Origin: Cenococcum geophilum
Taxonomy: Eukaryota
DNA: 64,000 bases
Direction of reading: 5' to 3'
Assembly: GCA_050273025.1 (NCBI GenBank)
Contig: CP158635.1
Span: forward strand, 25,606,001 to 25,670,000
In this document: positions 1 through 12,552 of the stretch, piece by piece
Position numbering within the stretch: position 1 is the first letter of the stretch
Layout: every line of letters begins with the position of its first letter
Program-made: the position numbers and the translations under genes
Notes under the pieces: model-generated
Told to the model about the DNA's origin: nothing
Seen by the model: only the letters and a program-made list of their open reading frames with translations
The model's database searches: none

Positions 1-2510
1 CTGCCTGTTCAGCTGGTGCCTTCTCCGCAGCGGCCTCGTTGACGGTGAAACATTGACCCATCGACAACATGTCGAACCGTTTCGTATCACTTGGCCAGGC
101 GTAAGTTGCGTCTTCATCATCGTCTCCTTCCTCGGGTACGTCTATTCTCTCCGCAATGCCTAGATGCCGGATCAATTGCATGTCTGGTGTTGCGTATTGC
201 TCTGGGTGGAGTGAAATAGCCTCAATCCGTGCGTTGTTATCTAGTTCGGGGTCGTAATACCAAGGTGAAAGGACCGGTGAGGGCTGCCACTCTGCCGGAG
301 TCATATATTTCCACTTGTATCGATTCCATAATTGAGCACGCTCAGAACACCCGATCGCAAAATCTGGTTTACCGGCACGTTTTCCGAGCGCAGTTACGCG
401 GTAGCTTCATACAAAGCTTCGAGTAAATTAGACCACGATAACTTCGGGAATTGGAGCATTCCATTCTCTGACTTGACAATGGAAATCTTTAGCTGCCTCA
501 AATGTTCCCAGATGCAATGCAGCGTCACAACGACGACTCGTTTTGAGGCGTAATGCGAGAAGCGCATACGACGAATAGCGAGAGACTAGGGTGGCTCCTC
601 TGTCGTTTGGTCAGTTTACCGCACAGAAGATTCTCATCTTCGAAAGGACTTCCTTACTTTGAATGTGGTCCCAAACGTCCCGGGCAAGCATGGAGAATAT
701 CAGAACTGGGCCTTTTCGGCTTATCAACGATTCGGTGCGCACAGGTAGATCATCCTTGCTAAGGGTAATATCTCCAAGGACCAATGCCTTTAGCTCCATG
801 AACGTTTGAGGTCCATCCTCAAGCCCTGGAATATGATAGCGATCGTCTTTGTCGTCCTTTGGAGGCCGTATGAGTTTGAGGCTCTCAAGACATCGTTTGA
901 TCTGGTAAACCTCCTTCCAGCGATGCTTGAATCCCGCGCGCCCAATACGTCATTTGTAGGATCAGCGGTAAGGGCAGAGTGTAGTGCCTTGAGATGAGCG
1001 TGGAATTTATCAACTCCTTGCTTTCGCAACTTCTCCTGAATAAAATCCCAATGAATTCGTCCTGCTCGGTAGACTTTAAACTTACAATTCTTTAGTATTT
1101 CGATGAATTTTCTCGCCTCATCTGAGGTCTAGAGCGTTAGACAGCTTGTATAGCATCTGATCGGTTGGTTGGTAGGGAGTGCGCGGTTCGTTGGTTCCAT
1201 ATCATGCTTGGGCATGTCCAATGGCCAGAGGCTCAAACCCCAGTTGACCCCTGGGTCGGATTCACCTTTCTCGGGACAGAGAGTGTCCAAGAATGCCATG
1301 TCGATGGTCTCTGCCAAGTTGAGTAGGGAATAGCAATGAGTGCAGAGGCTGGCGTTGTCCATGAGAGGTGGTAATACCGAGAGAATGCAATAGAATACTT
1401 CGCTGATACCCTCATGGGATAAGCGACCATGCACATGGAGTCTGGCCGATTTGCGGTCTTTTCTTTTTTTATTGTCGCTTTGAACCTCCCTTTGGTCCTC
1501 CCTTCTCTCTTCACCAGCACTGAGGCTGTATCTTCGTGCTCGACACCTTCGCTACCCTCAAACGCCCAATGATCCGCCCATGGTTGCCAAGTCTTTTCGC
1601 TGCCCCGCGACCTTCGCCGTCCTTTTGGACTGCTCTTCCGGCCGCTTGGCCAACATAGCCTATGTCTTGGTGCGGTCCATTTGCATTCACATGACGTCTT
1701 CCATTAAAAAAGTATACCGCAGCGACATTTGGTGCTGTTGTCTCGAGCTGTTCGAAAGGTAGGTCGGCATACAACGATGACCAGTTACGACGTCCTAGAG
1801 CTGCCCGAACTTGAACGGCTCTGGCGATTCTCTGGCGATGAGTTCGCTAAAAGCTACTTATAGAATGGAATGCTGAACTTTCCATCTACTTCAATCGTCT
1901 CGAAATTCGACAACGTCGCGGCGTCAAAAATGCCATTCAAGATTGACATGTACCATTGGTCACTTCGGATAACTCGGCGTTGGAGGTAGGAGGGGACTGC
2001 TCAAGGTTTCGCACTCAGATCGGATGTGAGGTACAAGGGTGCTAATTACGGGCTTTCACTGACGGGATGCTCCATGAACGCTTCGAAGTGATGCTGTTGA
2101 AAGGACAAGAGTGCAATATCGTGTTCGCGTAGCTTCGTGCGGTCTGGGGTGCCGTCGCTGACTTCTTGCATGATCGGGTACTGAACGAATGCACCGGATT
2201 CGGTATAGTCATCTTCTTTTTCGTTGCCCGAGACTCCATCAATTTCCAACGGCTCCGCTATAGCTTCACTCTCGAAGTCCGGAATCATATTTCTCGCGAA
2301 TTGTAGCAGCTCGTGGTCCAAAGGTTGCCGCTCGCTAATGTGCCGACGTGCTTCTCGACTCGTCTTTCGTGGTTTCTCTGGCTGTGTTGACCAGATTGCT
2401 CGTTTCTTGGTTGCAGGGCCAACGAGGAAATCTGGCATCTTGGTGCCCCATGCTCGCTTGGGAGACGAACGGGGGTTGGACGAAGAGGCTATGGCAAAGT
2501 ATGTGGACAT
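1..2510 (-). pseudogene. Decayed gene with a GIY-YIG-like nuclease module and a possible Myb/SANT-like repeat; runs off the left edge
   Basis: Minus-strand ORF pieces (2046-2510, 1511-1774, 1129-1434, 790-1029 and an open frame ~330 to <1) join through stops and frameshifts. Motifs: AAVYFF...DIGYVGQA...AAKRLGNH...LNLAETIDM...TNRALP, then *TSDEARKFIEIL...IHWDFIQEKL. Confidence 0.5.
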
Positions 2511-2647
2511 GACTGTGGAGGCACAAAGGTATAAATTGAATGCATGTAACTAGAATGCCTCTTACCCAGCAAGCTCAGACGCGATTCCGTTGGTGCGGAG
2601 TCAATCGGCCCGCAAGCGAATGACTAACCACGTTCGTGGTGCACCAC

Positions 2648-3895
2648 TTACCTCAGAAGCTCAGACTAAGAAATCGATTGCGGATATAGGAATATCCGCA
2701 CCGTCCGCTAAGCTGATTTAGGACGGTAATCGTTTTCTTAGTCTGAGGCCCTTTGGCGAGATTTGTAGAAAACCTAAACACTGTTTATATGAGAAGACCT
2801 CCTTAACTTTGACGAAATTGATCTACCCTCCCACAATACCTGTTGACATAAAAATTACACCAAATTATAGAGAAAAGCCTACTCTATAAGTTATAAGATC
2901 TTCAGCCCCTTATACACGCGCGACGTTAAGAGGAATTCGTCGCGGTAGAGGCCCCAATTCTACCTCGCCGAGCCGCGCAGTAAACACCAACGCTGAACGC
3001 TTACGCCCACGCCACCAGCCCTCTGCGTAGAGCTGTGGAGCTTTGCGAGAGCTCTGCGGAACGAAGCTTAGGGAGACCTGCAGGAAGCTCCACTAAAGCT
3101 CTGCAAAAGCTCTGCACGAAGCTCTGCACGAAGCTCTGCACGAAGCTCTGCACGAAGCTCTGCACGAAGCTCTACACCAAGCTCTACACGAAGCTCTGCA
3201 CAAAGCTCTACTGAGGCTCTGCACGAAGCTCTGCACGAAGCTCTGCACGAAGCCCTACACCAAGCTCTACACGAAGCTCTGCACGGAGCTCTGCGCGAAG
3301 CTCTACACGAAGCTCTGCGCGAAGCTCTACACGAAGCTCTACTAAGGCTCTACACGAAGCTCTGCACAAAGCTCTACTGAGGCTCTGCACGAAGCTCTGC
3401 ACGAGGCTCTGCCCAAAGCTTACCCCCTAGTAGTAGCAGAGGCACTCCGGGCCAAGGGAGGATATTTTCAAGGAAGGACCTAACTATAGCACCTTCTAAG
3501 TGTTGCAATAGCTTTGAGTAGTAGATATCTATATATCTGTAGAGTTTTATCTATATTAGCGGACTATTTAATAAGATACAATATGTGCTTACGCTTTTAA
3601 CAACGCGTTTTTTAACTTTGACGAAATTAATGTCAGGACCAAGCGATAGCTGTATTATAAAATTTATACCATTTAGAAGCCCTAAGTCTTAAAAATATTG
3701 TATTAACTTTTGGTAATAATAACGCGTTGCGTGAATAAATGAATTAGATATCCGCAATATCCGTTTTGCGGATTTTGCTTACGTTTTTAACAAATCTCGC
3801 CAAAGGCTCTCAGACGTGATTTTGCAAGAAGGAGACGGCGTAGCTGTTATTCCGGCGCTAGCCAAAAAAAATCACGTCTGAGCTCGCTGAGGTAA
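2648..3895 (+). mobile_element. Non-autonomous AcademH-like DNA transposon (1248 bp)
   Basis: Termini TTACCTCAG...CTGAGGTAA. 9-bp TSD GTGCACCAC at 2639-2647 and 3896-3904. Both arms are homologous to the ends of the 30272-52032 element. Confidence 0.9.
3098..3417. repeat. 12-bp tandem repeat (GCACGAAGCTCT)n filling the interior of the non-autonomous element
   Basis: Directly visible array of degenerate 12-mers. Confidence 0.95.
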
Positions 3896-4195
3896 GTGCA
3901 CCACCGGAATCACGTCTGAGGCACTTTTCCAACGTTTATTACGCGCTGTTTTGAACCTTATAATAACAGTGGTACAACTACTCAGAAGGGACTTAGCACG
4001 GGACGTGTTCGATGAGGTCGAACCATGGGACGAGGGCTAAGCGAGTCACATGGGGCGCACATGACATTGTACGTGGTATAAGCAGGCTCCGTGAGCTTCG
4101 TACGTACAACACGTACAAAGCGTACAACACGTACAAAGGGATTTCCTAGGGGCTAGGGAGAATACTTAATGGATCACAGTCCCTACCTTAGATAG

Positions 4196-4359
4196 TGTCA
4201 GACGCTGAGCAGGCTGATGGAAATGATACATATGATACTCTATGAGGAAGAATCTCAGGGGCTCGAAGGCCCCGAGAAGGTATCTCGATGGCCCGCGCGC
4301 TGTCACGTGACACGTCGCTGAGCTCAAAGAGACTGCCCAAGTACTCCCCCCTACCAACA
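4196..4359. mobile_element. Solo LTR (164 bp)
   Basis: TGTCA...CCAACA ends with 5-bp TSD GATAG at 4191-4195 and 4360-4364. Confidence 0.7.
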
Positions 4360-5594
4360 GATAGCCTTTTTGTGTAGTAAATCTTAGAATATAAAGGAGT
4401 TAATCTGTTAAGATACTTCGCTTAGGTTAGCGCATGGAACAAGCGCTGCTTAAAACAGCGAGCAAACCATCTGAAAATGGACGCTAGTGTCCCTGGACCA
4501 GAGTTATACAGGTAATATAGTATTTTTTAAGGAGACGATATCAAGTTTTGTGCGTAACGTTAACCCCTATAACCTAGTACTTAAGAGCTGTATAGTCAAT
4601 TTAAGGGTTCCTGCGTATAATTCGAATAAGTAGACGCATCTGGTGTCGAGTAAGCTTTTCGAGCTGCCGGGTCTTAGTAGGGATTCGAGCGTGGTTTTAC
4701 GCGATACTCTGCGGCAATTTCAGGCTTTAATACTTCAGCCTCCGCAGCAGCAATAATTCCAGCTCTTGCAACTTCTAAAAGCTCAGATTTTCTATTTCCA
4801 CTAATTTCGGTGTCAAACGAGCGTTGCATTGTGGTGCAGTAAGCTTGCGATCTTGGGGTTGGAATTTTGACAATCGCGATTTTGTGTTCCTGTCGGGAGA
4901 CTAATGTCTTGGCACTGTACTCTACTCGTTAATGATATCCTTACAAAGACGGGTTTAATGGAAGATGTAGAGCTAGTAGTGTTGAGTAATGGTGCTGATG
5001 TCTTGGATTGTTCTTATTGAGTAAGAGTACGTGTTCATTTCTTAGCCGTCGCCGAGTTTGATGTCTCCAAGTAAAACCAAGTCGTTAAGGTCATCGTAAT
5101 GGCGCTGTTGCCAAGTCATTGCTGGAATGGGTTACCAGTTAACGGAAGAAATTGCAGATCAGTTGTTCCAGGTAGTGAGGCGACGGCCGCAGACCTTGCT
5201 TCTGGACGGTTGAAAATAGAGGGGCAAATTGGCTGTCTTGTTTCAGGAGGGTGCGGGAGGTGGAGAGAGACAAGCTGACTTTCAGGGGACGCGCTTGATT
5301 GGCGATCCACCCAAAATGGCGCAGCGGCTTCTTTGGTGCTCCGCTTGGCTAACATTGGTACAAGCCCCTTATCTTCCAGCACCACCCCGGCACGACATCA
5401 AGTCCTTCATTCATCACAGATTTGACCTCTTCCAAGTTTCTTCCACTAATTGATATTTCTCTGAAGGCCTCTCACTCGTTCGGGGCTTTCAATTTTTGGG
5501 TTTTCATTACCCAATTTCGTGACTCTCGCTCTTCCAAACCTTGTCTGCTTTCTTCGTTTACGCTAACTTTGGATCCTCCAACTATCTCGCCATT

Positions 5595-7112
5595 ATGAAG
5601 ACTATCAGTGCATTCGTTGCCTTATTAGCGGCGCTTTCTACACCAGTCCTCGCCAACCCAGCCAATATCGCTGCGCGTGCAACGGCTACGAGCTCCAGCA
5701 CGCTACCCGCAGTTAGCATCAAAGGCAATGGTATATAAATATATGACATCTCCATAACAGAAAGTAGTAAAGCTGACATTTCGGACAGCTTTTTTCGCCG
5801 GAAATGACCGATTTTATATTCGGGGAGTCGATTACCAGCCCGGTAAGCCAAGCTCAGACGTTCACTGAATAAAGCTTATGACATGTACAGGTGGATCCTC
5901 TCAGGCGGAGGACCCGATTGCCAATGCGGCAAACTGTAAACGGGATGTTGCAGAGTTTAAGAAGCTGGGGCTAAACACAATTCGTGTCTACACTGTCGAC
6001 AATACGGCCAACCACGATGAATGCATGGCCGCACTTGCTGATGCTGGAATTTACCTTGCTTTGGACGTCAACACACCTCTATACTCGATTAATCGTGCGC
6101 AACCGGCAGAATCTTACAACGATGTCTATCTACAGAGCGTTTTTGCTACGATTGATGCATTCGCAAGCTATAGCAATACCTTATTGTTCTTTTCGGGCAA
6201 TGAAGTCATTAATGATGACTCAACGACATCCTGTGCGCCGTATGTCAAAGCTGTCACTCGTGACATGAGACAATACATTGGCAGTCGTGGATACCGTCAA
6301 ATTCCTGTTGGTTACTCAGCCGCTGATGTTGATTCGAATCGGTTTGAGATGGCCCAATATATGAACTGCGGGACGGACGACGAGCGTAGCGATTTTTTCG
6401 CATTTAATGATTACTCTTGGTGTGACCCTTCCTCATTCCAGACCTCTGGCTGGGATAAGAAGGTCGAGCAGTACAGTAACTATAGTCTCCCTCTTTTGTA
6501 AGTTAGGCAACCTCCCTGCCACCAGAGCAAAAAGGTTGCTAACCGTTGTGAAGCCTCTCGGAATACGGCTGTAATAAAAATACTCGTAAATTCGGGGAAG
6601 TTGCATCATTGTACAGCACTGAAATGACTGCCGTGTATTCGGGCGGCCTTGTTTACGAATACTCTGAGGAAGGTTCCAAATACGGATTGGTCCAAATAAA
6701 CGGCGATAGCGTTAAGGAACTGGCAGATTTTACTGCTCTTCAAACAGCTCTTCAGAAAACCGAGGCTCCGTCTGGCACCGGTGGCTACAAATCCTCGGGC
6801 GGTGCCTCGGAGTGTCCAGCAGAATCTAGCACGTGGAATGTCACAGGTAATGGCCTCCCGGCTATTCCTGTACCAGCAAAGAAATACATGACCCAAGGCG
6901 CTGGGAAGGGTCCAGGTCTCACTGGTGCTGGCTCGCAGAATGCAGGTACTGCCAGCACTGGCACTGCTTCCGCTGGCTCAGGCCAGATCTCAGCCACTAG
7001 TACATCCAAAGCTTCTGCTGGCTCTCTCCACGCTCCGGAGCTCGGTTTTGCTCCATTTGTTTGCGGTTTTATTATTCTGGCATCTACCCTCTTCGGAGCA
7101 ACATTGTTGTAG
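5595..7112 (+). CDS. gel1: GPI-anchored 1,3-beta-glucanosyltransferase, GH72 (Gel1/Gas5 type, no X8 domain); 4 exons, approx. 5595-5730, 5789-5842, 5891-6497, 6554-7112
   Basis: Signal peptide MKTISAFVALLAAL. GH72 motifs RFYIRGVDYQPG, NTIRVY, FFSGNEV, IPVGYSAAD, LSEYGC and SGGLVYEY. Ser/Thr-rich tail and hydrophobic C-terminus. GT-AG introns. Confidence 0.93.
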
Positions 7113-7549
7113 ATATGGGGCGGTTGTGCGTTTGTTCTTTAACAGTTGTAACCCAAGTATGTCTTAATTGGCCTGCAGCTAGATCTGTTGATTGGACCCA
7201 CGGTTGGGTTTAACGTTCGCATAGACGGATTTCCTTTTGGTAGTGTTCTGCCTCTTGCAATACTCAGGAGGGTTTTGTTTGAAAATTACGAATATACTCC
7301 CTAGACAGTACAAATTCTGACTCCTGCGTAAATATTTGATATACACGTGCGATATAATTTTGAGTTATGCAATGGGAATTTCTCAATTGCCGCAACTGAC
7401 CGCCCAATGTCAACCCACATCTATCGATAACAAATGTGCGCCAGCATTTGATACAAGGTACACCAAAGCCACTTCTATGCAAATCAAGGAGCGAAACGGA
7501 CATCGTTCTGCTTAATCGTTCCTAATTCTCTACAGCCTTGCACTCCGCC

Positions 7550-9670
7550 ATGCCTCGAGATCCCCTAATCGGCCTTGTTGGCAAGCCCTCGTCGGGAAAA
7601 TCGACCACACTCAACAGGTGCGCTCGCTTCTCCACTCACTTCCGCATGGAACGGCGCTCTGAGGCATAGCGTGGCAGTTTGACAGATGCATCGTCAAAAG
7701 TGGGTTAGTTGACTCTATCTATTGTCAATTCTCTCAGCATACTGACACGCTCACTCAGGGAATTTCCCGTGAGGCTTTTCCGAGCAGAGAACTTGATGAA
7801 GTGCTGCTGTCTAATAACCCCTATCTAGCTTTACAACTATAGACCCGCAACGAGCAATTGGGTATCTTCAGATCCCTTGCGCATGTTCGCGCTTTGGCCT
7901 TTCAGACCGATGTAAACCAAATTATGGGTCCTGCGTTGATGGCAGGCGTAGCGTCCCTATCGAGCTACTGGATGTAGCGGGTTTAGTCCCTGGCGCTCAT
8001 TTAGGAAGAGGATTAGGAAATAAGTTTTTGGATGATCTAAGGCATGCTGATGCGTTGGTACATGTGGTGGATGTGAGCGGGACTACGGACGCGGAGGGTG
8101 AGTGTTTCAATTATTGCTGAACTTCCACCGGAGATCTCACCTTTAGAGGATTGAACCAAAATAAGAGAGGAAGGCGCTAGGAGTTTGTCTGATAGATAAT
8201 TCCGAGGTCGAGGCTGATAACGTCATAATACTTATAGGGAAGGCAACAAGGGGTTATGATCCCTCGCAGGACATAGTATGGTTAAGGTCCGAGATCGTTC
8301 GATGGATACAGGGAAACCTTATGGAGAAATGGTGAGTCCTCTTATCATGAATGTACTTCTTTGGACCGTAGATTTTATGCTTATATTTTCTGAACAGGGG
8401 TTCCATTAAACGGCGTCATGTTGCTGTGAGTGAGTCAACTCTTGTCCTATTAGCTCCATTACATCACTTACAGAACGCCCAACCTCAGAGGCTACCGCGG
8501 TTGAAACATTACAAAATCAATTTTCGGGATACGGTAGCACAGCAACTGTCGTAGCCCGCTGCCTTGACAAATTAGGACTGAAAGAGCCACTACAAGATTG
8601 GTCTGATGAGACGATCGGAACAGTTGTTAACGCGTTCACGGACGAGAAGTTCCCGACAGTGATAGCATTGAATAAAATTGATCATCCGGATGCTGACAAA
8701 GTAAGGATTATTCACATTATTAATACTTTAGATTACTACGTAACGGGACTGCTACAAATGGGGGATCAAGTACAAGCAAATCAGCAACTCTCTATAGCAA
8801 ACGAGTCTTCTGAGATAGCTCTAATTTGTGTGCTGCCTAGAATATTGCAAAAATAGCAAAGTCCCACGATCCAGAATCCCTCGTGCTTACTTCAGCTATC
8901 AGCGAAGTGTTTCTACGTCGACTAGCCAAGCAAGGCTTCGTGAAATATACAGAAGGTAGTGAGTTCGTTGATACGCGAGACGATCTGATCGAAGCTGGCG
9001 ATCCAGACGGAGGGGGCTTAAAGGAGATGGATGAGAAATTGAAGAAGTAAGAAAATTGTGTTTTGATGACTGACTCCTTGGACTCTCGTAATTTACTTAA
9101 ATTAGCTTTCGACTCACTGCTTTCCCCAAATCAGGATAAGATGCTAACTAAAATTGCACTTGGTAGTCGGATCGAAAACCTGAAGGATATGGTCCTCTAT
9201 CGCTTTGGTAGTACAGGCGTTGTGCAAGTGCTCTCTCGAGCGGCCGAGCTTCTTGGTCTCGTACCCATTTTCCCTGTACGCAATGTAAATACTTTCACTT
9301 CGGGTTCTGCTGGTAGCAGTTCGGCGTTTAGAGATTGCGTTCTCGTAAAGAAGTGAGTTCCGTTGTCTTTTTTATGCGCTGAAATATATTGATGATAGGT
9401 TGCTAGGGGCTCCACTGTTGGTGACGTATATCGTAAAGTAATGGGAGACGCTCCGTTGGCGTATGTAGAAACGACCGGTGGGGTCAGGGTCGCGGAAGAT
9501 AATGTAGTCGCTGTGGGAAAGAATGATGTAAGTTCATTTCTGTAGATAGGCCTCTTTAACCTTATGCCAGCCCTTCCTTACGGTTCGTGGCTCAGACGAG
9601 TTTTGTAATAATGGACGCCCACTAATACACTCTGATATAGGTCCTTTCGTTTAAGGTAGGTCGAGCTTAA
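7550..9670 (+). CDS. Obg-family P-loop GTPase, YGR210C-like; many short introns
   Basis: [22 protein letters not shown] (G1), GNFPFTTIDPQ (G2, split over micro-exons), [39 protein letters not shown] (G3) and VIALNKID (G4). Ends VLSFKVGRA*. Confidence 0.9.
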
Positions 9671-9859
9671 TGTGTTGGCGGTGTGTTTCAGCCTACCCTC
9701 AGCTGGCCACCATTGTAATATCGTGGTGTAAGACAGGCGTGATCTCGTTAGGTTTCGCGCAAAAGATGCCAAGGACCCTAGGTAGGGGCGTTGCGATGGA
9801 GAGCGTCTTCAGATCTAGCATCCTACCCGCTCGAGGGGCTGCGTTACCATATTAGGAAA

Positions 9860-11472
9860 TTAACTGTCTCCAGTGTTCCCTATGGCCATCCGCTCTACAA
9901 CTCGAACCCATCTTCGCCTCCTCCACTCTCCTTTCTTACCTAAACCGTTACCTTCTTCCCACGTCCTCTTCACTAGCTTCTCCTTGCTCTTCCCCTTATA
10001 TTTGCTATGCTTTGGACTTGCAGGTCCGCCTTCTTCCATGCCTTCTTCGTCATAAAGGATATCAGTGACCCATCTTTCCCCCTCAGTTTCAACTTCTACC
10101 CCCGTCACACACATTTCTTCGACCCATTCCCTGCTTAATAAATCTAGTGTCCATTTTTTGTCTCCCCACCGCCAGCCCTTGGGCGCTTGCACATCCTCGA
10201 AAAAACGTGTTCCACGTGGCCGATCTCCAGCAATGCGCGCGGGGGAAAGCGGGGTGTAGGGTGAAGGGCTGAAAAGAAATAGCTCGTGTTCAGCATTTTC
10301 AGTATGTATAGCTCGGTACTGTAGCTCAAATATTTCCACCTCTCGCGTTTCTGGCGCGGATGAGAGCGTCATATCTGAGTTAGAGAGACGGAGTAGCCAA
10401 GATCGAGCTGTAGCCTCTTGGTCTTGAATGAGCGTGTCTGTATGCGTGGTGTGCATCAGGGATTGAATTGCCGGGTGACCAGCACATGTGGCGCTCCAGC
10501 CGGACACGAGGAAGATAGCCCGCCAGGGAAGAAGATGTGAAGTTATGAAGAGCAAGCAGGCTGTTGCGCTAAGTATGAGGAACAAGACTGAGGAGAGAGC
10601 TTCGTTTGAAAAATTCGTTGGTGGGGCAAGGAAAGTTACAAGGCTGTCGTGAAGGCGGCTGAAGTCTTCCATGCTATTCTGCAGGTCACGCATGTTGCGG
10701 AAAAAGTCTTTGCTCAGCTCTGGTGCCGGCTTTATGTTCGGTGCAGGAGCAAGAGCGGGCCCAGCAAGCGGGTAGAGGTCTGTTGGGTGGTTGCTGGGCG
10801 GTGGTGGATGTCTTGTGAGGAATGCTGGAACCATTATGAAAAATAGGCAAAGAGCAAGAGGAAGCACTGCTAGAAGCGTAGGTTCGAGGCAGAGAAATGT
10901 ATAGATGGCAAGGAAAGAGAGTGTTTGGGTGGGGAATTTCCAGCTGAACAGACGTATCATGTGGTTTTGGAAGATAAACGCAACTCCAATTCTACAGATG
11001 AAGTTAGACTGAGGGAAGCTGCGGTAGGAAGGAGTGCATGCCTTGCATTGAAGCGCCGAAAGTTGTTTGACATGACGGGCAAACTGAAGCCTGGGCGGTC
11101 AACATACTTCCTAGACCGTCTATCTTCAGTAGAGGAGCCTTCCGGGATATATTGTGAGGGTAAGACCTGCTGGAGGAGCCTGAGTATTCAAGTTAGCACC
11201 GTGTTTGGCCCGGATCGTAGGTGATATCTATACATTGTGAAGAGACGATCAGGCATGGTGTTGGGCGACTCTGGCCTCTCAGCTTGGCTACTCAGGCTTT
11301 CCAGTTTTTCTTTAAGTTTCCCAGTAGGGAGTGCTTGCCTCAAAACGTCGCGCTTGCTAGGCGATCGCCCACCAGCTTCGGGCGTGGGTTCATAATCCTC
11401 GGGGCCGGTGATGGAAACGATGGGTATTGCTTCGTTGCGGTTCGCTAAAGGCTCCGAAGCTTGACCATCCAT
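9860..11472 (-). CDS. PEX29: Peroxin Pex24p-family integral membrane protein (Pex28/Pex29-like) with C-terminal dysferlin motif; one intron ~11180-11232 (alternative start 11523)
   Basis: RPGFSLPVMSNNFRRFNAR, FFRNMRDLQNSMEDFS, REVEIFELQ, PKGWRW..KKWTLD and GEWRRRRWVR. Confidence 0.82.
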
Positions 11473-12552
11473 GGCGTTGGAGAACCAGGCATGAGGTCGA
11501 GGTTGTGGTGTAACTGACGACATGTGGACGGGCGGTGGTGTGGCGTCCGGTAGTGCGCTTTGTTGGAGAAGACCAAATGCCGATCTGCGCGCGTTCCTAG
11601 CATATTCCTGTTATTGTGCAAAACTGTGGACTGCTGTACATAAGTGAACATATCCAGTCTAGTATGCTCTGCGTGCATAAGGCACTCGACATTACGGGCT
11701 TGTTCGGATGGCTGCCACCCGCACCGGTTTCTACATTCGTCTTTCCTACCTGTGGCAAGAACTATGAAATACTGCTGCTCATTAAAGGATGCGCACAAAC
11801 CAAAGCTCGAAAGCCATAGGATTAGAGCAATCCTCTAGCAAAGCTCCAAGCCGAAACTATAGACGCCTGTCTGTATCTGCCATAGTGCCCGTTCCAGCGG
11901 CACCTCGTTCCTTGACGAGCGTATTCATGCGGTGTAGATTTCCACGCGTTGACAGCAGAGTACTTGTCAACGCTCTGCCTAAAGTAATTACCCTCAAGTG
12001 GTGGCGTATGTTAGGCGATGATAAAGTCCTGTGGTGACAGGACAATTCATCTTCTCTGCATATCCGGTCGCTCTGGGCGGTTCCCCGGTGAGCCTGTTGT
12101 TGTGTATATACCACGCCGAATTATCGAGCGCATTGTCCCTTCCCGGGGCCAGGGCACCAAGGACATCGCAGCAGCTAGCCGGCACCGCGCTCCCAAGCCT
12201 TTCCGGTAGCTTCACGACTACTCCCAGCTCCTCATAATCTTCACATACTCCTTGATAATTCCGGACCACCCCGTTGTCAGATGCCGCAGTGCTGACATCC
12301 CGCCAACTGTATTTCTGCTCCCCTATCGCCTTCGCCACCTTGCTCTTGAACAACGACATGCAATCGCACCCGTAGCCTCAACTCCAAGCCTCGAGCTTGG
12401 AGAATCAACGTCGGCCAGAAGAGAGACTTTTGGGACCGTGGAGAGCGCTTTGATCCTACTGCTGGCTCCATTGAGGCTCTCTAGCTCGGGTAAACCACTG
12501 CGAGCCATCTCTTACGCCTCGAAAAACCATGACCACCCAGCTACATCGAGCA

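Larger units (their letters stand above)
2562..3920. mobile_element. Orphan terminal hairpin of a second AcademH-like family, interrupted by the 2648-3895 element
   Basis: TTACCCAGCAAGCTCAGACGCGATTCCGTTGGTGC at 2562 resembles the terminus TTACCTCAGCGAGCTCAGACGTGATT. The complementary arm GCACCACCGGAATCACGTCTGAG lies at 3898-3920. Confidence 0.55.

Noticed and set aside
3098..3417. CRISPR-like array or ORF (ELRA)n
   Set aside because: Contiguous 12-bp tandem repeat with no spacers, inside a transposon in eukaryotic DNA. The ORF is a repeat artefact.
4006..4441. Larger solo LTR TGTTCGATG...CATGGAACA around the 164-bp LTR
   Set aside because: The ends are near-inverted, but there is no matching TSD (GGACG vs AGCGC).
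11600..12550. Short overlapping ORFs between PEX29 and pom1
   Set aside because: No motifs. Consistent with a divergent promoter and long 5' UTR.
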